This document shows positions 41,492-50,721 of a DNA stretch of 64,000 nt, piece by piece; position 1 is the first letter of the stretch, and each line of letters opens with the position of its first letter. The translations under genes were made by a program, and so were the position numbers. The notes beneath the pieces are model-generated. The model saw only the letters and a list, made by a program, of their open reading frames with translations. It was not told the DNA's origin and ran no database searches. This DNA comes from an uncultured Planctomycetaceae bacterium (lineage in GTDB: Bacteria > Planctomycetota > Planctomycetia > Planctomycetales > Planctomycetaceae), in NCBI GenBank assembly GCA_963976765.1, contig CAXBME010000003.1:186001-250000 (forward strand). Reading direction: 5' to 3'.

Positions 41492-42238
41492 TCAGGCGTC
41501 GCCTTTCAGGCGTTTGGAAAGCCTGGCAATCATGGCTCCGCATTCTTTGCGGGCTTCGGCAAAAGCGGCGGCAGTCAGGTTATCGCCCTTCAGGTAGTCG
41601 AGTACGACCCTTTCCGCGGCCATTAACTCTTTGCAGACGTCGGGCACTTCGGACGCGATCTGGTGAGGGATCGTGGTGATTCCGTTGCGGTCGCCGTGCA
41701 GCAGGTCACCGGGATAGATCGTCAGGCCGCCAACAGTGACGGGAACGTTGACCGCCAGCGTGTGACAGTAACCGTGAGCACAGATCGTCCCGTTCGTGAA
41801 CGCCGGGAAGCCGAGCTCCTGGACTTCTTTCAGGTCGCGACCGGCTCCTGAAGTGACGATGCCTTTGGCACCGAACGATTTATAAGTGGTACACATGACT
41901 TCGCCGAAGGTGGCTGACGCGACGGGAATATCGAGATCCTGGTAAACGATGACGGGGGGACCAGGCAGTTCCGAAAACGCTTCCACCTGCTGAGCGATTC
42001 CTGAGTAAACGTCTCCACCTCGCGGTGGCGCCATGCTGCGGAACGTCGACGTCAACGCGTAGCCGACCATCGAGGGCATTTCAGGGAAGCAGGCAACGAT
42101 ACTCGAATCCATGTACCCGGTGTTTCGCGGATGGATGTCCCAGAGTTCGACGACGTTGCAGACGGTCGGCGTGTCGCATTCTTCAAGGCGTTTGAAGATG
42201 TCTGCAGAAAGTGGTTGGATTTCAGAGAGGGATGCCAT
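41492..42238 (-). CDS. RraA/HMG-aldolase-family protein
   Basis: DTPTVCN, MVGYALT, ATFGEVM, GAGRD, IYPGDLLHGDRNG; start reassigned to ATG 42238. Confidence 0.85.
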   Translation of the reverse strand: MASLSEIQPLSADIFKRLEECDTPTVCNVVELWDIHPRNTGYMDSSIVACFPEMPSMVGYALTSTFRSMAPPRGGDVYSGIAQQVEAFSELPGPPVIVYQDLDIPVASATFGEVMCTTYKSFGAKGIVTSGAGRDLKEVQELGFPAFTNGTICAHGYCHTLAVNVPVTVGGLTIYPGDLLHGDRNGITTIPHQIASEVPDVCKELMAAERVVLDYLKGDNLTAAAFAEARKECGAMIARLSKRLKGDA

Positions 42239-42460
42239 GCGAGGGGTTTCCTTCGGGAGATTGTGTAAGAGGCGATCCAGGCTCGCCAGCGGAAATTTGT
42301 GAAACGTTCTATCTTGCAGCTGGCCGGAATGATATCGGCAGCCGACGACATCCTGAATCGAGTGCGCTGTTTCAAAACGACATAGCAGCAACGACGGAAG
42401 ACACCTTTGCGTGCGATTCGTCCTGGTAATTCAGTACGACAACCGATCCTGAAACTTCAT

Positions 42461-43123
42461 CTAAAGAACGCCGAACCTGCGATAGGCTTCTGCTGCTTTC
42501 ATTCCGCCCAGGATGGCGTCGCGTGTGATATTCTCAGCGTTGACTTTGTTCCAGGCGAGCTGAATAACCTCTTTTTCAACTCGCTGAGGCACAACAACGA
42601 TTCCGTCGGTGTCGGCGATGACCAGGTCGCCAGGCGAAAACGTCACTCCATCGATTTCAACAGGGACGTTGCGGTCGATGACCCGCTGACGGTGAAGGCT
42701 GTCGTAGATGCACCGACCGCGGGCGAAGACCGGAAATTTCATGGCACGCATCTGGCGCACGTCCCGGACGGCTCCGTCGACGATCGCTCCGACGCAGCCG
42801 CTGTTCTTAGCTGCGGTTGAGAGCAGCTCGCCCCAGATGCCGGATCTGATTGAGCCGTGGGCGGCGGCGATCATGATATCGTCGGGCTGGCAGGCGTCGA
42901 CGGCTTCGAGTTCGAGTGCGTATGGTGCCGGGTCTTCGTGGGCCATGTCGGTCCACAGCGTTGTCTGGCAGCGACCAATCAGGACCCCGTCCACGGTCTG
43001 GGGGGGCAAGGCGATTCTCGGGGACTGATTTCGGAAGCCCAGCGAATCGAGCGCATCGCAAACAACGGCCGCATAGAGCTGTTCCCGCATCCTGGAAAGA
43101 GTGATCTCAGCTGAGTCTGCCAC
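42461..43123 (-). CDS. RraA/HMG-aldolase-family protein
   Basis: VCDALD, GIWGELLS, GAIVDGAVRD, PGDLVIADTDGIVVVP; GGAG RBS before GTG. Confidence 0.9.
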   Translation of the reverse strand: MADSAEITLSRMREQLYAAVVCDALDSLGFRNQSPRIALPPQTVDGVLIGRCQTTLWTDMAHEDPAPYALELEAVDACQPDDIMIAAAHGSIRSGIWGELLSTAAKNSGCVGAIVDGAVRDVRQMRAMKFPVFARGRCIYDSLHRQRVIDRNVPVEIDGVTFSPGDLVIADTDGIVVVPQRVEKEVIQLAWNKVNAENITRDAILGGMKAAEAYRRFGVL

Positions 43124-43735
43124 GCGATATCTCCGCTTTGAGGTCGGATTGTCGAGAATATTTGGAAAGTGATTCGGATAAGTCAGTATCGATTATCCTG
43201 GGCGAGCATTCTGCCGTCATGCGAGGGCTTTGACACCTGGGTTGAGCAAGTTGTTGCGGCTCAGCCTCTGCTTGCCGGAACTCGAAATCAAAAAAATCCA
43301 AGTGCCTTCTGGCTCGTCTGGATCTCGCCAGGCGGAGCTTGACTGACGCAGAATCGTCGAGTCAACTGGTTCGGCTGGCGTCTGTCGACGACTGGTTGCG
43401 AAGGGTGATTAGGGACTATATGCTGACTCGTTCCCGCCTGAAGGCTCTGACTTTCGTGCTGGTTTAAGTTGCTTAACCTGCTTTGTTCCGCTGAGTTCTG
43501 TTCGAAGTTGTGAGAGGCACGACCGAAGAATGGATTGATGGGTGCAGCTGGCGGCGAGGTTTACTGGCAGGATGCCGGAGTTACGAAATTCGGACCAGGC
43601 TTCGTTGATTGTGTTCTGCAATGAACGTTGTCGGTGCAGAGCTTTAATGACAACAGTGACAGTAGGGACCGGCTCTGTCCGGATTACTCGCCACTCTCCA
43701 ACTTTTCTTCCCTCTCTCGGCAAGGATCGGAACGC

Positions 43736-46700
43736 ATGAGGATACTCCGCTCAGTGGTCATTGCACTGACGGTGGCTGCTTTCGCCGTACCTGCTGCTGA
43801 TGCTGAAGAGCCCTATGTCGAGTTTCTCCAGGGGCTGCGCGATCGAAGCTACTACGACTACGCTTTGCTTTACCTGGATACTCTGCAGGAAGACGCCAGC
43901 GTCCCGAAGGACATTCGTGACGTTATCCCGTACGAAAAAGCGTCAACGCTTCTATTGATGGCTCGAAGCGGGGCCATTACGAACCCCGAGGTGCAGTCTC
44001 GGCAGCTGGATCAGGCGTTGGGGTTCCTTGAAGAGTTTATCAAGAACAGTCCCAGCCATCCTCGGGCCGGCGAGGCTAATACCGAGCGCGCCGGCATTCT
44101 TCTCGGCAAAGGCCGTGTCGAAGTCTGGCAATCGCGGTCGCCTTCCAACAAAGAAAATCGCGGCGAATTTCAGAAGCGTGCTCGTGGCTTCGTGACCGAC
44201 GCTCGCGCGATTTATCAGAAGGCTCACGATCAGCACAAAGCCTCATGGGAAGCGTTTCCGAAATTCATCGACAAGGTCGAAGATGCGAAGAAGTTCGAAG
44301 AGCGACGGAGGGCGGAAATCCGGTACATCGTTGCTCAGCTGGATCTCGCCCATTGTCTGTATGAGGAAGCTCAGACATTTGACGAAGCGTCGGACGAGTA
44401 CAAAGCCAAACTTCGCGACGCGGCGAGTGCCTACGAAGAGATCCACTCCAAGTACCGCAGCCAGATCGGCGGCTTGTACGCTCGTACCTGGCAGGGAAAA
44501 TGTTACGAAGAGCAAGACGACATTCAGCGGGCTTTAGGAATCTACAAAGAACTGCTCGGGCATCCAGGCAACAGCGAGACGCTCGTTCGGTTGCAGGATC
44601 AGGTTCGACATTTCCGGCTGATCTGCCTGAATCATGAACAGCGAAAAGACTATCAACTGGTGATTGACGAGGCCACAGAATGGCTGACCAATGCCAAAGG
44701 CGGGAAAAAATACTCTCAGCAATCACTTGGCATTCGCTGGGAGCAGGTGCTGGCTCAGGAATCGTTGGGCGAAGATCGAACGCTTTCCGAGCAGGATCGT
44801 AAGCGGCTGCTGACATCAGCGCTGACAACCGTTCGGGTCATTAAGCGGTTCCCCGGCCAGTACAAGGATCTGGCGACGTTCAAGGAGCGAGACCTCAACG
44901 TGAAGCTGAAAGGCGCCGGCGCGAATGATGAGCCGGAAGACTTCGACACCGCGTTCAGCCTCGGGCAGGAACTCGCCACTAAGAAAACGAAGCCGCTGCT
45001 GGACAGCGTCCGGACTGCTCAGGCATCCAAGGACAAAGACAAAATTCAGAAGGCTCGGACGGACCTGGATCAGCACCTCGATCGGTCGCGCGAGCTGCTG
45101 AAACTGGCGCTTCGGCTTGCAGACGAGGATACGCCGGTCAGCGATCTGAACCTGGCACGCTACTACCTCTCGTACATGCACCTGCTGTCTCGAAACAATT
45201 ACGAAGCGGCAATCCTGGGTGAGTTCCTCGCTAACAATTACGGAGACGCGAATCCAGTTCAGGCTCAGGACGGTTCCTACATGGCAATGGCCGCCTACGT
45301 TCAGGCTTTCAACGATAACGAGAAGGCCAGACGTCGAGACGAACAGGAAATTGACGTCGCTCAGATGGAAAAAATCGCCAACTTCCTTGTGCAGAAATGG
45401 CCTGACAGCGACCGTGCGATGGACGCTCGGCTTCAGCTGGGAACCATTTACGGTCAGCTGGACCAGCACGAGCGGTCAGCTGAGTGGTACGGTCAGGTTC
45501 CTGAAACCGCATCGCAGTTTACAAACGCCCAGGTTCGAGCGGGCCAGGCTTACTGGGCGGCCTATATTGATGGAGCCAGCAAGCCCGCAGCCGAACAGCC
45601 TCCACAGGCTGACCTGGACGGCTGGATGAAGTCTGCTGAGAAGTTTCTGAAGAACGGAATCGATCGTTCAGAGAAAGAAACCCCCGCCGCAACTCCGGCC
45701 AGTGATGATCTGATCGCTGCGAAGCTCTCGCTGGTTCAGATCCTCGTTTCGGCTGGGAAGTACGACGAGTGTGTCAAAATTCTCACGGCACAGCCGCATC
45801 CAATCATGGAAGCAATTGCCGTTACTGATGAGAAAACGCGACCGAAGACCGGCGGCGTCAAGAGTATTGAGTTTGCCTCACTGGCTTATCAGCTTCTGTT
45901 GAGATGCTATGTCGGAACTCAGGAACTGCCGAAAGCTCAGGCAGCCATGAAGTCGCTCGAATCGATCGGCGGCGGCGGTGGGGAAGCGCTCACTGAAATG
46001 TACCGCCAGATCGGGCAACAGCTTCAGGACGAACTCGAACGACTCAAGAATCAGAACCAGCTCGAACAGTTCAACTCTGTACGCAAGTCGTTTGAGACAT
46101 TCCTTGGCGAACTGTCAAAACGCAAAGATCAGACCATCGGGTCACTGACCTGGATCGGTGAAACGTACTACGGCCTTGCTCAAAGTAGCGGCGAAGACCC
46201 CGCGACTGCCGGCAATTTTTACGATCAGGCCGCAAAGGCTTACCAGGCGATTCTTGATCGAGCCAAAGAAGACCCAAAGTTCATCGATCCAGCCCGGTTG
46301 ACCGGAGTTCGGCTGCGGCTGGTGAACTGCAAACGTGAAAAGGGATCGTTCGAGGAAGCTCTTGAGCTGGTCAAAACGATCATTGCTGAGAATCCTCGCA
46401 GCCTTGATGCCCAGGTCGAAGCTAACTTCATTTTCCAGGACTGGGGCGCCAGCGGTCAGGGCGACTCCTGGAAAAAGTACGAAGACGCGATGCGTGGCGA
46501 CAAAACATCTGGCCTGTGGGGCTGGATCGACACCGCGCGACGCATGCAGGCCTTGTTGAACCAGGGCGGGGCCGACGCAAAAGATCGCTATGAAAATCGG
46601 TACTACGAAGCTCGCTACAACCTGACCAGATGCAGCCTCGAACTTGGTCTGGCACAAACAGGTGCAAAAAAGACAGAGGCTTTAGAGACGGCAAAAACTC

Positions 46701-47278
46701 AGGTCGTTCAGTTTGTCGCGATTACCGGCGACTTCAACGAGGAATGGTGGCCGAAATTCGACGGAATCTATCGAGAAATTCAAACGGGACTTGGGTTGAT
46801 CGCAGAACCGCTTGAAAGACCCAAAGACGACTTCGTCGCTCCGGTGGAACCTGAAAAAATTGCAGCAAATCCAGCTTCGTCGGAGAATCCGCAGAAGAAA
46901 TCCGGCAAGGCCAAGGTGAAAAAAGCAGACGGCGGTGGCACATTGACGTACGCCATTTTCGGAATCATCGCTCTTCTGGGTCTTGGCGGCGGCGGTTTCA
47001 TGGTGATGAAGGGAACGAAAACTCGTAAGCCCTCGGCGGCAATGGCGTCAGTGACGATCGATTCACCTGTCATCGCTCCACCGCCTGTGGCTGCCCCTCG
47101 AAAGAAACGCACTGCGGCACCTCGACAAAGTGCCACTGCAGCGCCGGCCCCGTCATCGGTCAAGGGAGAAACACCAAAGCGTCCGTTGACCGAGGAAGAA
47201 AAAGACAGGATTCGCCGGCGTCGAGCTGCCAAAGCAAAAGCTGAGGAGCAGGCAAGAAAAAAGGCTGACGGCAAATAG
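43736..47278 (+). CDS. Large exported alpha-helical/TPR-like protein with a C-terminal TM anchor and basic tail
   Basis: Signal peptide MRILRSVVIALTVAAFAVPAADA; helical repeats; TM LTYAIFGIIALLGLGGGGFMVM; K/R/P-rich tail. Confidence 0.8.
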   Translation: MRILRSVVIALTVAAFAVPAADAEEPYVEFLQGLRDRSYYDYALLYLDTLQEDASVPKDIRDVIPYEKASTLLLMARSGAITNPEVQSRQLDQALGFLEEFIKNSPSHPRAGEANTERAGILLGKGRVEVWQSRSPSNKENRGEFQKRARGFVTDARAIYQKAHDQHKASWEAFPKFIDKVEDAKKFEERRRAEIRYIVAQLDLAHCLYEEAQTFDEASDEYKAKLRDAASAYEEIHSKYRSQIGGLYARTWQGKCYEEQDDIQRALGIYKELLGHPGNSETLVRLQDQVRHFRLICLNHEQRKDYQLVIDEATEWLTNAKGGKKYSQQSLGIRWEQVLAQESLGEDRTLSEQDRKRLLTSALTTVRVIKRFPGQYKDLATFKERDLNVKLKGAGANDEPEDFDTAFSLGQELATKKTKPLLDSVRTAQASKDKDKIQKARTDLDQHLDRSRELLKLALRLADEDTPVSDLNLARYYLSYMHLLSRNNYEAAILGEFLANNYGDANPVQAQDGSYMAMAAYVQAFNDNEKARRRDEQEIDVAQMEKIANFLVQKWPDSDRAMDARLQLGTIYGQLDQHERSAEWYGQVPETASQFTNAQVRAGQAYWAAYIDGASKPAAEQPPQADLDGWMKSAEKFLKNGIDRSEKETPAATPASDDLIAAKLSLVQILVSAGKYDECVKILTAQPHPIMEAIAVTDEKTRPKTGGVKSIEFASLAYQLLLRCYVGTQELPKAQAAMKSLESIGGGGGEALTEMYRQIGQQLQDELERLKNQNQLEQFNSVRKSFETFLGELSKRKDQTIGSLTWIGETYYGLAQSSGEDPATAGNFYDQAAKAYQAILDRAKEDPKFIDPARLTGVRLRLVNCKREKGSFEEALELVKTIIAENPRSLDAQVEANFIFQDWGASGQGDSWKKYEDAMRGDKTSGLWGWIDTARRMQALLNQGGADAKDRYENRYYEARYNLTRCSLELGLAQTGAKKTEALETAKTQVVQFVAITGDFNEEWWPKFDGIYREIQTGLGLIAEPLERPKDDFVAPVEPEKIAANPASSENPQKKSGKAKVKKADGGGTLTYAIFGIIALLGLGGGGFMVMKGTKTRKPSAAMASVTIDSPVIAPPPVAAPRKKRTAAPRQSATAAPAPSSVKGETPKRPLTEEEKDRIRRRRAAKAKAEEQARKKADGK

Positions 47279-47345
47279 CGATTCAGAAATCAAACGCCGC
47301 GTTACTTATGAGCCACCGGCTCCGTTGGAGTTGAAGGAATATCAA

Positions 47346-48389
47346 ATGAAGCAATCGATTCTTATCGTTATGGCGATGCTGAGTGCATCAGTGCTGATCA
47401 GTTCGGCTGGAGCGGTCGACATCGTTAATCGAAAAAGCGGAAAGGCTGCTCAGGGCGACATCACAGCCATCGCTCAACAGTCTATTTCACTGAAGTCTGG
47501 CATTGGTGAGATGATCGAAGTTCCGGCCAACGACATTATCAGCGTTCGTTGGGGAGCGGAGCCTGCCGAATTGAATCTTGCCAGAAGCGCCGAAGAGGGA
47601 GGAAGCCTTGCTCGGGCTCTTGAGCAGTTAAAGGTGAGTGCCGGTAACGCTGGCACAAACGCTGCCGTTAAAACCGAAATCGAGTTCCTGACCGCGCGAG
47701 TCACTGCTCGTGTCGCACTGGAAGAGGACGCTTCGAAGCTGGCAGCTGCGTCGAAATTGCTCGACGCATTCGTCAAAGGGCAATCGGACAACTTTCGGTA
47801 CTTTGATGCGTTGCAGCTTCTGGGAGCTGTGCAGCTGGCCGCTGAAGATTATTCCGGAGCCGAAGCGTCATTTAGAATGCTCGCGAAAGCCCCCTGGTCG
47901 GACTACAAAATGGCCGCTCAGAACTCGACCGCGAAGCTGGCGTTTCAGAAAGGCGATCTGACAGCAGCCTTGACCGCGTACGAACAGGTCTTGAGCCAGT
48001 CAGGATCGTCGCCGGGGGAGATTTCCAGACGCAATGAAGCTCTGATTGGTAAAGCATCCGTGCAACTCAAACAGGGGAACGCAGATATCGCGTTACAAGC
48101 CGTTGCCGAAGCGATTGCGAAAACCGATCCGGAAGACTCGGCGGTTCAGGCTGGAGCCTGGAATTTAAAGGGCGATTGCCTGAAGAGTCAGGGCAAAGTG
48201 AAGGAAGCGATTCTTGCTTACCTGCACGTTCCCGTTCTGTTCGAAAAAGAGAAAGTTGCACTTGCCGAGTCACTTTACAATCTGGCCGTCCTGTGGCCGC
48301 GAGCTGACCAGCCAGAACGAGGATTGGCTGCAAGGCAGGAACTTCAGGAAAACTATCCTGACAGCCCATGGACGAAAAAGCTTCCGTAA
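47346..48389 (+). CDS. Exported TPR protein
   Basis: Signal peptide; TPR-like pairs; AILAYLHVPVLF, LQENYPDSPW C-terminus. Confidence 0.8.
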   Translation: MKQSILIVMAMLSASVLISSAGAVDIVNRKSGKAAQGDITAIAQQSISLKSGIGEMIEVPANDIISVRWGAEPAELNLARSAEEGGSLARALEQLKVSAGNAGTNAAVKTEIEFLTARVTARVALEEDASKLAAASKLLDAFVKGQSDNFRYFDALQLLGAVQLAAEDYSGAEASFRMLAKAPWSDYKMAAQNSTAKLAFQKGDLTAALTAYEQVLSQSGSSPGEISRRNEALIGKASVQLKQGNADIALQAVAEAIAKTDPEDSAVQAGAWNLKGDCLKSQGKVKEAILAYLHVPVLFEKEKVALAESLYNLAVLWPRADQPERGLAARQELQENYPDSPWTKKLP

Positions 48390-48516
48390 TTGACTCTTCG
48401 CCTGATTCAATTCTGCAGTCAGACACACGATTGAAGCCGTCGCAGACCGACGGTCACCTTAAAACTTCAGTAACAGAAACCAGCAAAGCGATTATCGCCT
48501 CGAGGAGAACTGAACG

Positions 48517-49434
48517 ATGCAACATCCGGGTCTTATTCAACAGTGGCCGACTCTGCGAACGATGGGCCTGGCCTTTCTCGTCTGCCTCCTTGGCTTGTCA
48601 GTTTTCACTGCACCGGCGCAGGCATTTCAGGATGAGGCCGGGGCTGACGAAGCGGCGGTTCCAGTTGATGACGGAGCTGATGAAGCCGCACCAGCGGACG
48701 GTGGCAGTACGACCGAGGCTGAGGAAGAGGCCGGTGGTGAGGACAAGAATTTTCTGACATGGATGATCGAGGCATCGGGAACGTTCGGTCTGCTGATCCT
48801 GCTGCTGTCATTTATTATGGTTGCTTTAATCATGATGAATATCCTGCAGGTTCGCCGCGACAACTTTGTGCCTCAGGCCTTCATCGAGTCGTTCGAGCAA
48901 CGTCTTAATGCCAAGGATTATCAGGGCGCTTACGAAACTGCTCGTGCTGACGAATCTCTTGTTGCTCGCGTTCTGGCCGCCGGACTCAGCAAGCTGAATC
49001 AGGGATACGACAAAGCTGTCGAAGGAATGCAGGAAGTCGGCGATGACGAGAACATGGCCCTGGAACATCGCCTCAGTTACCTGGCGCTGATCAGTGCCGT
49101 TGCTCCGATGCTCGGGCTGATGGGAACGGTTTCCGGGATGATCGCGAGTTTCCGTGAGATCGCTACATCGCCAACAACTCCGAAGCCGTCTGAACTTGCT
49201 GACGGTATTTCAACAGCTCTGTTTACAACACTGGAAGGTCTGGTCGTGGCAATTCCGGCGATGGTCTTTTATGCCATCCTGCGAAACCGAATTGCTCGCT
49301 TCACACTGGAAGTTGGCATGGTCAGTGAAGGTCTGATGGGCCGATTCGCTCAGGCCGGCAAACAGCAGGGAGCGGCGCAGAAACCTGCTGGTGGAGCTGC
49401 TCCGGCTGCTGCTCCTGCCGCTCCACAGGAATAG
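48517..49434 (+). CDS. MotA/TolQ/ExbB proton-channel family protein
   Basis: LALISAVAPMLGLMGTVSGMIASF, LADGISTALFTTLEGLVVAIPA; GAGGAG RBS. Confidence 0.95.
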   Translation: MQHPGLIQQWPTLRTMGLAFLVCLLGLSVFTAPAQAFQDEAGADEAAVPVDDGADEAAPADGGSTTEAEEEAGGEDKNFLTWMIEASGTFGLLILLLSFIMVALIMMNILQVRRDNFVPQAFIESFEQRLNAKDYQGAYETARADESLVARVLAAGLSKLNQGYDKAVEGMQEVGDDENMALEHRLSYLALISAVAPMLGLMGTVSGMIASFREIATSPTTPKPSELADGISTALFTTLEGLVVAIPAMVFYAILRNRIARFTLEVGMVSEGLMGRFAQAGKQQGAAQKPAGGAAPAAAPAAPQE

Positions 49435-49517
49435 TTGTCAGTTGATTTCTTGAACAGAACTTTCCCGGAGCCGTTGATCGCTCCGGGTTGATTCCTCTTG
49501 TTCGGACAGGTTTTTTA

Positions 49518-50000
49518 ATGGCGAAACGTGAGCCAAATGCGACGCCCGAAGCTGAAGTCGACATGACCCCCATGATCGATATCGTGTTTCAGCTGATTGC
49601 GTTCTTCATGGTGATTTCGAACTTCGAACAGACTCAGGCGGACGAACGAGTCAAACTTCCGCGAGACGCTCTGGCCAAGCCGCCGGAAGTCAAAGTTGAA
49701 CACTCGCTGGTTCTGAATGTTGGTTTTTATCGCGATATGAAGGGCGAAAAGACCGACGCGCAGCCGTGGTTGTTCAATTTCGTCGATGGCGAACCGGTGT
49801 TGCCGCTTTCGTCGGGCGGGCAATTGAAAAAGGAAGCCAAGCTGTTTGGTGCCAAAGGGATTGATCTTAAGGAAGTGACGGTAAAAGTCCGTGCTGACTC
49901 AGAAGTTCAAACCGGAATTGTCCAGGAGCTGATCAAGCTTTGTCAGGATGCCGGTTTCGAGACATTTGCAATGTCCGCGATGTCTGGTCCGGAAGAGTAA
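49518..50000 (+). CDS. ExbD/TolR-family protein
   Basis: VDMTPMIDIVFQLIAFFMV; VKVRAD. Confidence 0.92.
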   Translation: MAKREPNATPEAEVDMTPMIDIVFQLIAFFMVISNFEQTQADERVKLPRDALAKPPEVKVEHSLVLNVGFYRDMKGEKTDAQPWLFNFVDGEPVLPLSSGGQLKKEAKLFGAKGIDLKEVTVKVRADSEVQTGIVQELIKLCQDAGFETFAMSAMSGPEE

Positions 50001-50084
50001 CATTCGGTCTGCATTGCGAGGTCAGCTCAACGAAGTCCGAAGCTGCGTTGAATAAAAGTGTGTCAGCCTGAGGAGGCTGAAGTC

Positions 50085-50594
50085 ATGGCGAGAAGACGAA
50101 AACAGTCCAAAGGCGAGAAGCTGGAAACAAACATGTCGGCGATGATCGACATCGTTTTTCAGCTCCTGATCTTCTTTATGTTGACGTTGAAGATTGTCGA
50201 GCCGGAAGGTGACTTCAACATCAACATGCCAGCTCAGGGTAAGCCGACAAATCCTGACGAGGTACCGCCGTTTCCGGATATCAAGGTGAAGCTCCGAGCG
50301 AACCCTGATGGAACGCTGGCTGGACTGTTCTTCGGCTCGCGAAATCTTGGAGTCGGGCCGGCAGCATTCGAGCAGTTGAATATCGAGATTCTGAAGGTGA
50401 TTGGTCGCCCAGGTGATCCGATTACAAAAGACATGGCGGTTGAAATTGATGCCGATTACAACCTTCACTTCAGCAATGTGATCAACGCGGTCGGAGCCTG
50501 CACGGGGCGAGTCGACAAACGCAGCGGCAACATTGTGAAGTACATCGAAAAAATCAAATTCAAACCACCGACACCGCAGGCTGCGGCGGGGTAG
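50085..50594 (+). CDS. ExbD/TolR-family protein
   Basis: NMSAMIDIVFQLLIFFMLT; VEIDAD; AGGAGG RBS. Confidence 0.92.
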   Translation: MARRRKQSKGEKLETNMSAMIDIVFQLLIFFMLTLKIVEPEGDFNINMPAQGKPTNPDEVPPFPDIKVKLRANPDGTLAGLFFGSRNLGVGPAAFEQLNIEILKVIGRPGDPITKDMAVEIDADYNLHFSNVINAVGACTGRVDKRSGNIVKYIEKIKFKPPTPQAAAG

Positions 50595-50626
50595 TAAAGC
50601 CTGGTTGGTTTGCTGAATTCTGTTTT

Positions 50627-50656
50627 GGGCTCGAAGTTTTGCTTCGAGCCCTTTTT
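50627..50656 (+). terminator. Rho-independent terminator
   Basis: GGGCTCGAAG-ttttg-CTTCGAGCCC 10-bp stem followed by TTTTT, after the exbB-exbD-exbD operon. Confidence 0.85.
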
Positions 50657-50721
50657 GTATCGAATCATGGATGTTGCGCCGGAAGCGGGTTCGCTGCCGA
50701 AACGGTGAAACGGAGATTGCC

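Noticed and set aside
43124..43735. 600-bp intergenic region as a possible ncRNA or riboswitch
   Set aside because: No recognisable tRNA, riboswitch or sRNA motif by eye; consistent with a divergent promoter region. An Rfam scan would be needed.
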